Shown here: positions 1 to 9,735 of the stretch, piece after piece | Position numbering within the stretch: position 1 is the first letter of the stretch | How the letters are laid out: every line of letters starts with the position of its first letter | Source: Bacteroidetes bacterium MED-G17 | Lineage (GTDB): Bacteria; Bacteroidota; Bacteroidia; NS11-12g; UBA9320 | Assembly (NCBI GenBank): GCA_002457675.1 | Contig: NTKK01000004.1 | Location: 27,666 to 91,665, forward strand | Length of the DNA stretch: 64,000 nt | Direction: 5' to 3' | Translations under genes and position numbers: made by a program | The notes under the pieces: model-generated | Database searches by the model: none | What the model was told of the DNA's origin: nothing | What the model saw: only the letters and a program-made list of their open reading frames with translations

Positions 1-1463
1 TCTATGAAATCAAAAACCTTTTTCACCTCATCCATAATTTCACTATTCATGCTAATTAGTGCAACATCGGAATATATTTTTGCAGTACCTTCATGGAAGT
101 TCCCAGTTCCAATAACGCCGTAATATATTGGTCTTGAATTTCTTTTACGTCCAATTAGAATAAGCTTTGAATGAACTTTCAGCCCTTTTATTCCAAAACT
201 AACTTTGATGCCCTCATTTTCGAGCAATTTAGCCCATTTTAAATTCGCTTCCTCATCAAATCGTGCACGCAACTCCATAACTACATGTACTTCTTTTCCG
301 TTTCTAGCTGCATTTATTAGCGCGTTAACAATTTGAGATTCAGAGGCCAATCTATAAACTGTAATTTTTATTTCTGTAACCTCCACATCAATTGAGGCCT
401 CTTTAATTAGAGCTACAATTGACCGAAAAGAATGGTAAGGAAAATGTAAAAGGATATCGCCATGATCCTCAAGTGATTTAAAAATGGTGAGATTTTTTGA
501 AAATATTTTTGGCTCAATTGGAATATTAGGATTATTCACGAGATTTTTTTTGCCAAGGGTAGGAAATGCCATCAAATCTCGAAAGTTGTGATATCTTCCT
601 CCAGGAATAACGTTGTCGTGGTCAGAAAGCTTAATTTTCTTTAATAAATACTTGAGGTGTTTTTCAGGCATTTCTTTGTCGTATACAAGTCTTACTGGCG
701 TGCCTTTTTTTCGTCTTTCTAAACTTTTGGTTAGCTTTTCGTAGTAACTTTCGGAGATATCATCATCAAAATCCAACTCTGCATCTCTAGTCAATTTTAT
801 GATATAAGATTCTATCGAACTAAAACTGAAAACTGAAAAAATTTCATCAAGGTGAAGCCTAATTATATCGTCTAGAAAAATAATTTTTTCCATGGAACCA
901 ATTTTAGGTAAAACTAAAAACCTAGAAACTCTATCCGTGGGGACCTCAATTATTGAATACAATGGTTTTTGGTCGTCATTATTAAGAATAACGAAAAGGT
1001 AGATTGATTTGTCTTTTAAATAGGGAAACTTAGTCGAGGAACGCACCATTATGGGCGATATGAATGGTTCTATTTGTTTAGTGAAGTAACCTCGAACATA
1101 AGTCTGTAATTCTGCTGACAATTCTATTTCACTAATAATATTAATATTGTTTTTTTCAAGCAAAACCAGTAGGTCATCATAGATGTTTTCAAATTTTTTT
1201 TGAAGAGAAAGTACTTCTTCTTGGATTTGATTTAAGATTTTTTGAGGTGGAAATATATTGTTTGTTTCTTTTGACCGCTCTAATTCTACCAATCGTTTTA
1301 CTGTTGCTACACGAACTCTAAAAAACTCATCTAGGTTATTAGAAAAAATGCCAAGAAATCTTACTCTTTCAATAAGAGGGACGCTTGAATCTTGTGCCTC
1401 CTGCAGCACTCTATTATTAAAGGCCAACCAACTTATTTCCCTATTTAATATTAATTGATCCAA
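1..1463 (-). CDS. ppk: polyphosphate kinase 1 (PPK1). The N-terminal ~485 aa are present; the C-terminus lies beyond the window edge.
   Basis: Manual minus-strand translation gives EISWLAFNNRVLQEA...PLIERVRFLGIFSNNLDEFFRVR...TEIKITVYRLA...VVMELRARFDEEANLKWAKLLENEGIKV...HSKLILIGR. This is collinear with E. coli PPK (ELSWLSFNERVLQEA / [23 protein letters not shown] / ARFDEEANIHWAKRL). No ATG lies upstream of EISWL before an in-frame TGA; the likely start is TTG at 1461-1463 (MDQLILNREISWL). The gene is absent from the ORF track because its stop is outside the window. Confidence 0.85.
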   Translation of the reverse strand, partial: MDQLILNREISWLAFNNRVLQEAQDSSVPLIERVRFLGIFSNNLDEFFRVRVATVKRLVELERSKETNNIFPPQKILNQIQEEVLSLQKKFENIYDDLLVLLEKNNINIISEIELSAELQTYVRGYFTKQIEPFISPIMVRSSTKFPYLKDKSIYLFVILNNDDQKPLYSIIEVPTDRVSRFLVLPKIGSMEKIIFLDDIIRLHLDEIFSVFSFSSIESYIIKLTRDAELDFDDDISESYYEKLTKSLERRKKGTPVRLVYDKEMPEKHLKYLLKKIKLSDHDNVIPGGRYHNFRDLMAFPTLGKKNLVNNPNIPIEPKIFSKNLTIFKSLEDHGDILLHFPYHSFRSIVALIKEASIDVEVTEIKITVYRLASESQIVNALINAARNGKEVHVVMELRARFDEEANLKWAKLLENEGIKVSFGIKGLKVHSKLILIGRKRNSRPIYYGVIGTGNFHEGTAKIYSDVALISMNSEIMDEVKKVFDFI

Positions 1464-1509
1464 AATGCTACTTCAAAGATAAGAAGACCACTTATTATAC
1501 ATCTTGATT

Positions 1510-2721
1510 TTAATCATTTTCATACTCCACATTTTCAATTCGCCAAAGCAATAGTGGTAAGTAAAGAAAAATAACAAAACCTAATTGTCTTTCTAACAAT
1601 GGTTCAAGAACCATTGAAAAAGATAAACCTATTAGGTTGGCTATTGCCAAAGGAGATTTGCTTAGTGAAGAAACCCAATAAACAACAAAAAATATGAATA
1701 AAATCAATCCAAAAGCGCCTCTAAAAAATGGTTCCGCCAAATACTGTGTATGAATATCTAAACGATTTTGCACAAACAATTTTGATTTGGAGCCCTGGTA
1801 ACCTTTAGCCATAGCCTCTCTTTCTTCAACTTTGGTGTAACCCCGAATTGGTTTCTTGGAAATACACCAATAAGCTGCTCGCCAGGATTCTACACGTTGT
1901 GCCATAGATTTATGATTGATGTCTTTTCTATTGATTAGTGAATCTAAGTCTTCTATAGAGTTATACATCTTATTTTGAAAAGAAGGTAAAACAAAAAATG
2001 AAAGAATTGGTAGGAGAATTAATGCTAAGATTGATCTTTTAACAATTTTGTTAGGTCGTTTAATCAAGTAAATCAAAAGCATAGAGGCTAAACCTACGTA
2101 TAAAACAACAAGACCAGTTCTAGAACTCAATATATGGATAGATAAAATGTTTATAACGAAAAATATACTTAAAGTTTTTCTATTTAAAAGAAACTGTTGT
2201 TTTTGATTTAAGAACAAAAAATAAAAGAGACTTAGAGAGACAGAACAAGAGATTAGGCCAAAATAAATATGTTCAATTTTGGCCAAAATAGGGATGCTTT
2301 TTGATCTAAGTAAGCTATTATTAATCTGCTCAAAATGATATAAGTAATTTATTATACTTGAAATATTTATTGAGGTTACAACCAAAATTAACAATAAATA
2401 AATCCACCGTGCCAAACTGTATTCTAGTTCATGTTTTCGGCATGCAAAAAGGGCGAATAAGACAAAAGAAAACTTAAGCAAAAGGTAGTTAGAAATCAAG
2501 GCATTTTGAATTAAACTCGAAAAGAGCACAGATAAAAATGGAACTGAGAGTAAAAAAACGATTGGTGTATATTTTTTCTTCCAATTCAAAAACGTTGGAA
2601 AAGTCAATAGAATTGTCCCTGCTGAAAGCAAAAAGCTTGAAAAAAAAAGACCGATAATCAAAGAAATTGCGCCTAAGAAATAGAAAGCAATTGCTAAAGC
2701 TTGCTGCTTTCTACTTTGCAT
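1510..2721 (-). CDS. O-antigen ligase/polymerase (Wzy_C)-like polytopic membrane protein
   Basis: 403 aa with about 10 predicted TM helices and a central loop RTGLVVLYVGLASMLL, typical of the O-antigen ligase family. It sits in an envelope-glycan gene cluster. Confidence 0.55.
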   Translation of the reverse strand: MQSRKQQALAIAFYFLGAISLIIGLFFSSFLLSAGTILLTFPTFLNWKKKYTPIVFLLSVPFLSVLFSSLIQNALISNYLLLKFSFVLFALFACRKHELEYSLARWIYLLLILVVTSINISSIINYLYHFEQINNSLLRSKSIPILAKIEHIYFGLISCSVSLSLFYFLFLNQKQQFLLNRKTLSIFFVINILSIHILSSRTGLVVLYVGLASMLLIYLIKRPNKIVKRSILALILLPILSFFVLPSFQNKMYNSIEDLDSLINRKDINHKSMAQRVESWRAAYWCISKKPIRGYTKVEEREAMAKGYQGSKSKLFVQNRLDIHTQYLAEPFFRGAFGLILFIFFVVYWVSSLSKSPLAIANLIGLSFSMVLEPLLERQLGFVIFLYLPLLLWRIENVEYEND

Positions 2722-3535
2722 AATTTATTTCAACTTCAGTTATACCGTCCATCGCGATGATGGACGCAGCTTTTTCTGATAAAAATATTATCGGTTTTTT
2801 ATTGCCTTCGAAATTACAATTTCCAACGACTTTTACAAAGACAGACCTATTGTTGGTTTTATTTTTAACTAAGAGAACTGTACCTATTTTAGCTTGATGG
2901 TGGAGGGCTTCGCTACGAATAGGATTTAAAGTACTTGATTTTAACAGATCTCCCAGCCCTTTTTCTGCTATTTTATGAAGGCCATATTCTTTTATGTAAG
3001 TAGAATCTAACGTGTACGTGTTAGATGTCGATTTTACTTTTTGGATTGGCTTAACATTCTTAATACGGACTTTGTTTAATGCAATATTTGACTCAGGTTT
3101 TTGTATCCGTAATACTTGTCCAATATAAATTTCTGTTGATTTTAGTTTATTGTATTCAATCAGTTCTCTAATAGAAATACCTGTTTCTCGGCTTATTGAA
3201 AACAGGGTTTCACCACTTTTAACCAAATATTCCGTTGCTGAATCTTCTTCTGTAGGTTTTCTGCTTACTTGTTCTGTATAACTGCTTGGCACCATTAACA
3301 ACTGTCCTATTCTAAGAAAATCACCAACTTGGGGGTTTGACTCTTTTAATTCAGCTAAAGGAATCTTATATTGCTTACTCACGGAAAATAAACCCTCACC
3401 TTGCGTTACTTGATGTATTATATACCATTTTGCCCCGACTTTCTTTCTACCAATTGAATCATAAGTTTCTCCGTAAAGATGAAGCATTAAATTACACAAC
3501 AGAAATACAATGGTTAATTTCCGAAACTTATTCAT
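2711..3535 (-). CDS. LysM peptidoglycan-binding domain protein (secreted)
   Basis: N-terminal signal peptide. Two LysM repeats are visible (LFSVSKQYKIPLAELKESNP...IGQLLMVP and ETLFSISRETGISIRELIEYNKL...IGQVLRI). The C-terminal ~100 aa are of unknown function. Confidence 0.7.
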   Translation of the reverse strand: MNKFRKLTIVFLLCNLMLHLYGETYDSIGRKKVGAKWYIIHQVTQGEGLFSVSKQYKIPLAELKESNPQVGDFLRIGQLLMVPSSYTEQVSRKPTEEDSATEYLVKSGETLFSISRETGISIRELIEYNKLKSTEIYIGQVLRIQKPESNIALNKVRIKNVKPIQKVKSTSNTYTLDSTYIKEYGLHKIAEKGLGDLLKSSTLNPIRSEALHHQAKIGTVLLVKNKTNNRSVFVKVVGNCNFEGNKKPIIFLSEKAASIIAMDGITEVEINYAK

Positions 3536-3594
3536 ACGTGCAAATTTATTACTACTTGTTTCTTTAATTTGTTAACTTATTAACCTTTTGACAG

Positions 3595-5004
3595 ATGGAT
3601 TCAAAATTTATAGTCACTTACTTATTTTTTTGTCTTAGTATCTTCTCGAGTCAATCCCAGACAAAAGAGCAATTTAAACAAGGCAAAATAGTAAAGTTTG
3701 ATATCAAAGAACCCATAGCACCAAGTGCCTCACGCATAACCTCTAAAGCCATAGCAAAAGCTAAAAAAATCAATGCTCATTTGATATTAATTCATATGAA
3801 TACCTACGGGGGCTTGGTTACTGATGCTGATTCTATTCGTTCTTCTATATTGGCCAGCCCGATTCCAGTTTACGTATTTATTGACAACAATGCGGCATCC
3901 GCTGGAGCATTAATATCCATTGCTTGTGATAAAATTTTTATGACACCAGGAGCCAACATTGGGGCTGCCACGGTTGTCAATCAAAGCGGAGAAGCAGCGC
4001 CCGACAAATATCAGAGTTATATGCGCGGTCAAATGAGAAGTACAGCAGAAGCCCAAGGGAAAGATACTTTTAAAGAAAATGGAAAAGTGGTGATAAAGTA
4101 TAAAAGAAATCCTCAAATAGCGCAAGCTATGGTAGATGAAGATATAGAAATTAAAGGCATCTCTCCAAAAGGTGAAGTCATAACATTTACCACGCAGGAG
4201 GCCATTAAATATGGCTTTTGCGATGGATCTTTTGAATCAATTAACGAAATGCTAAAATCAGAGGGATTTGAAGACTACAAGATTCAGGCAGTAGAAAAAA
4301 ATACACTTGATAAATTAATCGGGTTTTTAGCAAATCCAGCATTTCGTTCTATTTTAATTTTAGTAATATTGGGTGGGATATATTTTGAACTTCAAACTCC
4401 TGGCGTTGGTTTCCCAATTTTAGCTGCACTTATTGCTGCTGTTTTATACTTTGCTCCTTTATATTTGGACGGGCTCGCATCAAATTGGGAAATTGCACTT
4501 TTCTTCTTTGGTTTAATCTTTATGGCATTGGAAGTATTCGTTATCCCTGGATTTGGTCTAGCGGGTGTGGTTGGAATTGTTTTTATGGTATCTGGATTAA
4601 GCCTTGCAATGGTTCAAAATGTTAATTTCGATTTCTCCTTGGTTGGTGGCGAAAAGCTTTCTGGTTCTGTGCTAATGGTGCTAGCAAGTTTCTTGGTGTT
4701 TATTTTACTTCTTCTTTTATTTGGTTACAAATTTTTCAATTCAAAAATGTTTAATCGAATTGCACTTACCGAAACTCTTGAAAATTCCAAAGTGCCTGAA
4801 AATAAACCTCCGAAAAGATCATTTATTAACCATGTAGCTGAGACAATTATTGATTTGAGACCTCAAGGGAAAGTTATTTTAGAAGGGCAAGTTTATTTAG
4901 CTAAATCAAATATAAATTTTATTCCAGCACGTACAAAAGTAAAAATACTCGGTCTAGAAGGGCCTTATCTTGTGGTAATGGAGTTAAAAGATGAAACAGC
5001 TTAA
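3595..5004 (+). CDS. NfeD-family membrane-bound ClpP-class serine protease (long form)
   Basis: A ClpP-like N-terminal domain (HLILIHMNTYGGLVTDADSI...IDNNAASAGALISIACDKIFMTPGANIGAATVV), then a polytopic membrane segment, then a C-terminal OB-fold (RPQGKVILEGQVYLA). Confidence 0.75.
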   Translation: MDSKFIVTYLFFCLSIFSSQSQTKEQFKQGKIVKFDIKEPIAPSASRITSKAIAKAKKINAHLILIHMNTYGGLVTDADSIRSSILASPIPVYVFIDNNAASAGALISIACDKIFMTPGANIGAATVVNQSGEAAPDKYQSYMRGQMRSTAEAQGKDTFKENGKVVIKYKRNPQIAQAMVDEDIEIKGISPKGEVITFTTQEAIKYGFCDGSFESINEMLKSEGFEDYKIQAVEKNTLDKLIGFLANPAFRSILILVILGGIYFELQTPGVGFPILAALIAAVLYFAPLYLDGLASNWEIALFFFGLIFMALEVFVIPGFGLAGVVGIVFMVSGLSLAMVQNVNFDFSLVGGEKLSGSVLMVLASFLVFILLLLLFGYKFFNSKMFNRIALTETLENSKVPENKPPKRSFINHVAETIIDLRPQGKVILEGQVYLAKSNINFIPARTKVKILGLEGPYLVVMELKDETA

Positions 5005-5965
5005 GGTTGCCATATTTCGATTTAGTTCAATTGGTGATATTTTGCTTACCACACCGGTAGTGCGTTGTATACACGAACAACTTGATGCAGAAATTCATTA
5101 TTTCACAAAATCATCATTTACAACATTGCTAGATCAGAACCCACATATTCATAAAATTCATTCATTTAAAAATCTTAAGCACGCACGAAAAGACTTCAAG
5201 AAGGAATCTTTTGATTTGGTGATAGATTTACACAAGAACCTAAGATCACAATTAATTTCCTTTGGATTTCTCAAAAAAACCTTGCGATTTAAAAAGGAAA
5301 ATTTTAAAAAATGGTTACTTGTTAAAGCTAAGCTTAATTTACTTCCAAAAGTAAGCTTAGTGGATAGATATTTTCATCGTTTAGAAAAGATAAATGTTCT
5401 ATATGACGGACAAGGTTTAGACGTTTTCTTTGAAAAAAAAATTCAGGTAAAACTGCCAAAATCTTTTGTTGCACTCTCTCTAGCTGGCACCTACTACACA
5501 AAAAAAATACCTTTTCAGAAATGGAAACTTATTATTAAAAATATAGATAAACCAATGGTGCTACTTGGCGGCAAAAACGAATCTAAGATGGCAAGAGAAT
5601 TGATTAAAGAATTCCCGCAAAAGAAGATTATAAATGCAGCTGGGATCAATTCTCTAACCGAGAGTTGCTTTTGCATTTATAAAGCCAGTTTGCTCATTAC
5701 AGGTGATACAGGCATGATGCATATTGCCGCAGCGACGGATACACCGATTTTTTCAATTTGGGGAAATACGGTGCCTTCTTTTGGTTTCCAACCCTTCTTC
5801 AAAGATCGATCACTAGCAAAGCACAAGTCTAAAATTTTTGAAAATAAAGAACTGTCGTGTCGTCCTTGTTCAAAACTTGGTTATAATAAATGCCCAAAAG
5901 AGCATTTTAATTGTATGAACAAAATTGATTTTTCACATATCGCAAAATTGACAAATGCTATATAG
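4991..5965 (+). CDS. glycosyltransferase family 9 (LPS heptosyltransferase-like)
   Basis: N-terminus KVAIFRFSSIGDILLTTPVVRCIHEQL plus an internal GDTGMMHIAAA motif, both characteristic of GT9 (RfaF/RfaC family). Overlaps the upstream gene by 14 nt. Confidence 0.75.
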   Translation: MKQLKVAIFRFSSIGDILLTTPVVRCIHEQLDAEIHYFTKSSFTTLLDQNPHIHKIHSFKNLKHARKDFKKESFDLVIDLHKNLRSQLISFGFLKKTLRFKKENFKKWLLVKAKLNLLPKVSLVDRYFHRLEKINVLYDGQGLDVFFEKKIQVKLPKSFVALSLAGTYYTKKIPFQKWKLIIKNIDKPMVLLGGKNESKMARELIKEFPQKKIINAAGINSLTESCFCIYKASLLITGDTGMMHIAAATDTPIFSIWGNTVPSFGFQPFFKDRSLAKHKSKIFENKELSCRPCSKLGYNKCPKEHFNCMNKIDFSHIAKLTNAI

Positions 5966-7040
5966 TTCTGTTTTAAAACGATTTTTAATCTTATTGAATT
6001 TCTTTTCATTTTTCTATCATGGTGCAGCTCAAGAATCAATAAATTTCACCCAGTTAAAAAAAAATGGCGATTTGTATTGTCTTCATGATAAGCCATTTAC
6101 AGGGAAATCAATTCTAAGAGGGGAAAATAAACAGATTTTACAAAAAATATTATGGAAAGAAGGAAAAATACATGGCCAATTTATAAGCTATTACAACGAT
6201 GGAAAAATAGATTTAAGTATTAACTACCAACACGGTAAAAGATATGGGGATTATAAAAGTTATTTTCCAACTGGTAAGACTGAAGAGGTTAGACAGTATA
6301 AAAACGGTGTGTTGCATGGCAGTTTTATTTCATTCTATGAAAACGGCCAAAAGAAGGAATTAGCCAATTACCGCGATGGTCAACAGGATGGGTTATTTAT
6401 TCTTTACTTTAGTGATGGACAGAAACAGCAAGAAGGGCATTTTGAAAATGGGCAACCTAGCGGTAAAGTTATATCTTACAACACGCGTGGCGAAATTAGA
6501 AAAATAACACACTATAAGGCTGGTCTTCGTCATGGTAAATTCAAGCTTTTTCATCGAAACGGTCGACTTTTTGAAGAGAGCCAATTTGAAAATGGACTTC
6601 AAGTAGGTCATTATAAAGAATATGATCCATTTGGTAATCTTATTACAGAGGGCTTTTATAAAGATGGGAAAAAGCACGGCACTTTTAGAAAATATGGCAA
6701 GAATAAGGTCTTGGCTGAAATAGCTACATATAATTTTGGCCAAAAAAATGGTGACTTTCTAAAAATGAGTGATGGGGTAGTCGATTTCAAAGGTCAATAC
6801 AAAAATGGAAAAAAAGAAGGTCTGTGGACAGAATTTGGAGCCAATTCAAAGCGAACTTGTAAAGGAAATTATTTAAATGGTTTAAAGCATGGTCATTGGG
6901 TTTTGGGACAAACGGCCTCTTTTGGAAAGTCAGAAGGAAACTTTAAAGATGGAGAATTTGATGGACTATGGAAATATTATAATTTTAAAGGAAAAAAAAT
7001 AGGCACTGTTTTATGGGACAAAGGCCAAAAAATTAAATGA
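5955..7040 (+). CDS. MORN-repeat / YwqK-family repeat protein
   Basis: About 12 tandem copies of a G-x-x-H/EG-x-x-x-x-Y-Y-x-N/DG-Q/K motif (e.g. GVLHGSFISFYENGQKK, GLRHGKFKLFHRNGRL). N-terminal signal-like segment. Confidence 0.7.
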   Translation: MLYSSVLKRFLILLNFFSFFYHGAAQESINFTQLKKNGDLYCLHDKPFTGKSILRGENKQILQKILWKEGKIHGQFISYYNDGKIDLSINYQHGKRYGDYKSYFPTGKTEEVRQYKNGVLHGSFISFYENGQKKELANYRDGQQDGLFILYFSDGQKQQEGHFENGQPSGKVISYNTRGEIRKITHYKAGLRHGKFKLFHRNGRLFEESQFENGLQVGHYKEYDPFGNLITEGFYKDGKKHGTFRKYGKNKVLAEIATYNFGQKNGDFLKMSDGVVDFKGQYKNGKKEGLWTEFGANSKRTCKGNYLNGLKHGHWVLGQTASFGKSEGNFKDGEFDGLWKYYNFKGKKIGTVLWDKGQKIK

Positions 7041-8167
7041 AGATAGCACAACTTTCTACATTTTATCCGTATCGCGGTGGTATCGCGCAATTTAATGCTT
7101 CCTTAAAAAAATCATTGCTTCAAAACCACACCGTAGAAGCATTTAATTTCAAAAGACAGTACCCAAATTTTCTATTTCCTGGTAAGACACAGTTGGTGAA
7201 AGAGTCTATAAATACTGAAATAACTGCTATGCCGGTTTTAGACAGTATCAATCCATTTACATACTTTACAACAGTCAAATCAATTAACCAACTCAATCCA
7301 GACTTGCTTTTAATGAAATATTGGATGAGTTTTTTTGCTCCATCCCTCGGAACAGTTGCGCGTCACACAAAAAAGAAGTGTACTGTAATTAGTATTCTAG
7401 ACAACTTAATCCCCCACGAGAAGAGATTTTTTGACAACGCGCTGAACAAATACTTTATAAATCAAAATGACGGATTTGTGGTCATGAGTAAAAAAGTGAA
7501 ACATGATCTTTTAGAATCTACTAAAGGCAAGGCTAAATTAATAGAACTACCCCACCCTCTTTATAATCATTTTGGGGAGCCTGTAAAAAAGAAAGATGCT
7601 CTAAAAACAATAGGCATAAGAAATGAAAATAAAAATCTTTTATTCTTTGGGTTTATTAGAAAGTACAAAGGTTTAGACCTACTCCTTCAAGCCTTTGAAA
7701 AGTTGGACGATAGCTACAATCTTATTATCGCAGGAGAATGTTATGGTGGCTTTGAGGCATACCAAAAAATAATTAACAAAAGCAGAAAGAAAGACCAAAT
7801 ATTTCTTTTCAATAAGTACATATCAGATGCAGAAGTACCAAATTTCATGTGTGCTGCAGATGCATGTATTCTTCCCTACAAATCTGCCACCCAAAGTGGT
7901 ATTGAATCCATAGCTTACCATTTCAACACACCAATCGTTGCAACTGATGTTGGTGGGCTTAAAGAGAACATAAAGCATCTTAAAACCGGTTACATAATTC
8001 CGGAAGCAAATGCAGATTCCATCGCTTATGGCATAAAGGACTTTTTCAAGTTTTATAATGCTGACAAGATTCAACGAGAGCTGAATATCCTAAAGAAAGA
8101 GAGGTCTTGGGATAATTTTGGTCAAAAAATCATTGATTTCGCTAATTCATTGAAAAGTGATGCTTGA
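7037..8167 (+). CDS. glycosyltransferase family 4 (GT-B fold)
   Basis: C-terminal GT1/GT4 signature FNTPIVATDVGGLKENIKHLKTGYIIP. ATGA-type overlap with the upstream gene. Confidence 0.75.
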   Translation: MKIAQLSTFYPYRGGIAQFNASLKKSLLQNHTVEAFNFKRQYPNFLFPGKTQLVKESINTEITAMPVLDSINPFTYFTTVKSINQLNPDLLLMKYWMSFFAPSLGTVARHTKKKCTVISILDNLIPHEKRFFDNALNKYFINQNDGFVVMSKKVKHDLLESTKGKAKLIELPHPLYNHFGEPVKKKDALKTIGIRNENKNLLFFGFIRKYKGLDLLLQAFEKLDDSYNLIIAGECYGGFEAYQKIINKSRKKDQIFLFNKYISDAEVPNFMCAADACILPYKSATQSGIESIAYHFNTPIVATDVGGLKENIKHLKTGYIIPEANADSIAYGIKDFFKFYNADKIQRELNILKKERSWDNFGQKIIDFANSLKSDA

Positions 8168-9650
8168 CTTACTTATAAAAACCATAGCACAGATACTCTA
8201 CAAAAAACAAAAAAAATGGAGTTCAAAACCAGTTGAAACACAGGAAAAAGTATTTAGAAGCCTAATAAAAACGCTTGCTCAAACCAAATTTGGAAAAGAC
8301 CATAAAATTGACCCAAATGATAATTATGCAGCCTTCAAATCCAAAATAAAAATATCCGATTATGAAGGCATGAAGTCATATTTCGATCGAACGGCAAACG
8401 GTGAAGAAAATGTTCTTTGGAGGGGTGTTCCAATTTATCTGGCTAAAACTTCAGGAACTACTTCGGGAAGTAAGTTCGTACCAATAACAAAAGATTCCAT
8501 TGGTAATCACATGAATTCGGCAAGGAATGCCCTTGTAAACTACATCGCAAATACTGGAAATAGCTCATTTCTAAAAGGAAAAGTTATGTTTTTGTCAGGT
8601 AGCCCAGTATTAGAAAAAAAAGCAGGCATTCCAACAGGTCGTCTATCAGGTATTGTTAATCACCATGTCCCAAAGTATTTGAAAAACAATCAAATGCCCT
8701 CATGGGAAATTAACTGTATTGAGGACTGGGAAACAAAGGTTAAAGAGGTTGCAAAAGAAACGCTTAGCAAAGACATGAGACTAATAAGTGGTATTCCACC
8801 TTGGGTTCAAATGTACTTTGATAGAATAACGAAGGAAACTGGAAAAAAAATAAAAGATGTTTTTCCAAATTTCTCTGTTATGGTTTATGGAGGAGTCAAT
8901 TATGAACCATATAAAGCCAAACTAGAGGAAAGTATTGGGAAACCAATAGATGGAGTTGAAGTATTTCCTGCTTCAGAAGGTTTTTTTGCCTACCAATACA
9001 AACCCAATCAGAAAGGCCTACTATTGCTCTTGAATGAAGGGATTTTTTACGAGTTTATTCCAGCAGACAACTATTTTGACGACAATCCTCCACGACTTTC
9101 AATAAAAGATGTAGAGCTAAACGTAAATTACGCACTCATTATAAACTCAAATGCTGGTTTATGGGCTTATTCAATTGGGGATACAATCAAATTTATCAGC
9201 AAAGATCCATATCAAGTATTGGTGACTGGCCGTATTAAACATTTTATAAGTGCCTTTGGTGAGCACGTTATAGGAGAAGAAGTAGACAGAGCTATACAAA
9301 AATTGGTATCAAAATATGCATTACAAGTCACTGAATTTACAGTTGCTCCACAAGTAAATCCAGAGCATGGACTCCCCTATCACGAATGGCTTATTGAAGG
9401 TGAAATGCCAAAGGAGCGCAAAGACGATTTTATGTTAGAATTAAATCAAAAAATGTGCGAACAAAATAGCTATTACAAAGATCTTATTGAGGGATCTGTA
9501 TTAAAAGGTTTACAAGTTGTTTGGCTGCCCCAAGGTAGTTTTACAAAATACATGAAGTCAATTGGGAAATTAGGAGGTCAAAATAAAGTACCAAGATTAG
9601 CAAATGATAGAAAAATTGCTGATTGTTTGATTTCCAATAGGATAACATAA
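8157..9650 (+). CDS. GH3 (auxin-responsive promoter) family adenylate-forming enzyme homologue
   Basis: ANL-superfamily P-loop LAKTSGTTSGSKFVPIT near the N-terminus. The length (497 aa) and motif order match bacterial GH3-family proteins. Confidence 0.7.
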   Translation: MMLDLLIKTIAQILYKKQKKWSSKPVETQEKVFRSLIKTLAQTKFGKDHKIDPNDNYAAFKSKIKISDYEGMKSYFDRTANGEENVLWRGVPIYLAKTSGTTSGSKFVPITKDSIGNHMNSARNALVNYIANTGNSSFLKGKVMFLSGSPVLEKKAGIPTGRLSGIVNHHVPKYLKNNQMPSWEINCIEDWETKVKEVAKETLSKDMRLISGIPPWVQMYFDRITKETGKKIKDVFPNFSVMVYGGVNYEPYKAKLEESIGKPIDGVEVFPASEGFFAYQYKPNQKGLLLLLNEGIFYEFIPADNYFDDNPPRLSIKDVELNVNYALIINSNAGLWAYSIGDTIKFISKDPYQVLVTGRIKHFISAFGEHVIGEEVDRAIQKLVSKYALQVTEFTVAPQVNPEHGLPYHEWLIEGEMPKERKDDFMLELNQKMCEQNSYYKDLIEGSVLKGLQVVWLPQGSFTKYMKSIGKLGGQNKVPRLANDRKIADCLISNRIT

Positions 9651-9735
9651 TTAAATTTTATCCTATAATGTGACGCATTGGTCAATAAGTCTTTCTACAC
9701 ACATTAATTAATTTATTTTTGCCCATCAAATCATA

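Noticed and set aside
1258-1458. 66-aa plus-strand ORF
   Set aside because: It is antisense to the N-terminal region of ppk1, which translates cleanly on the minus strand.
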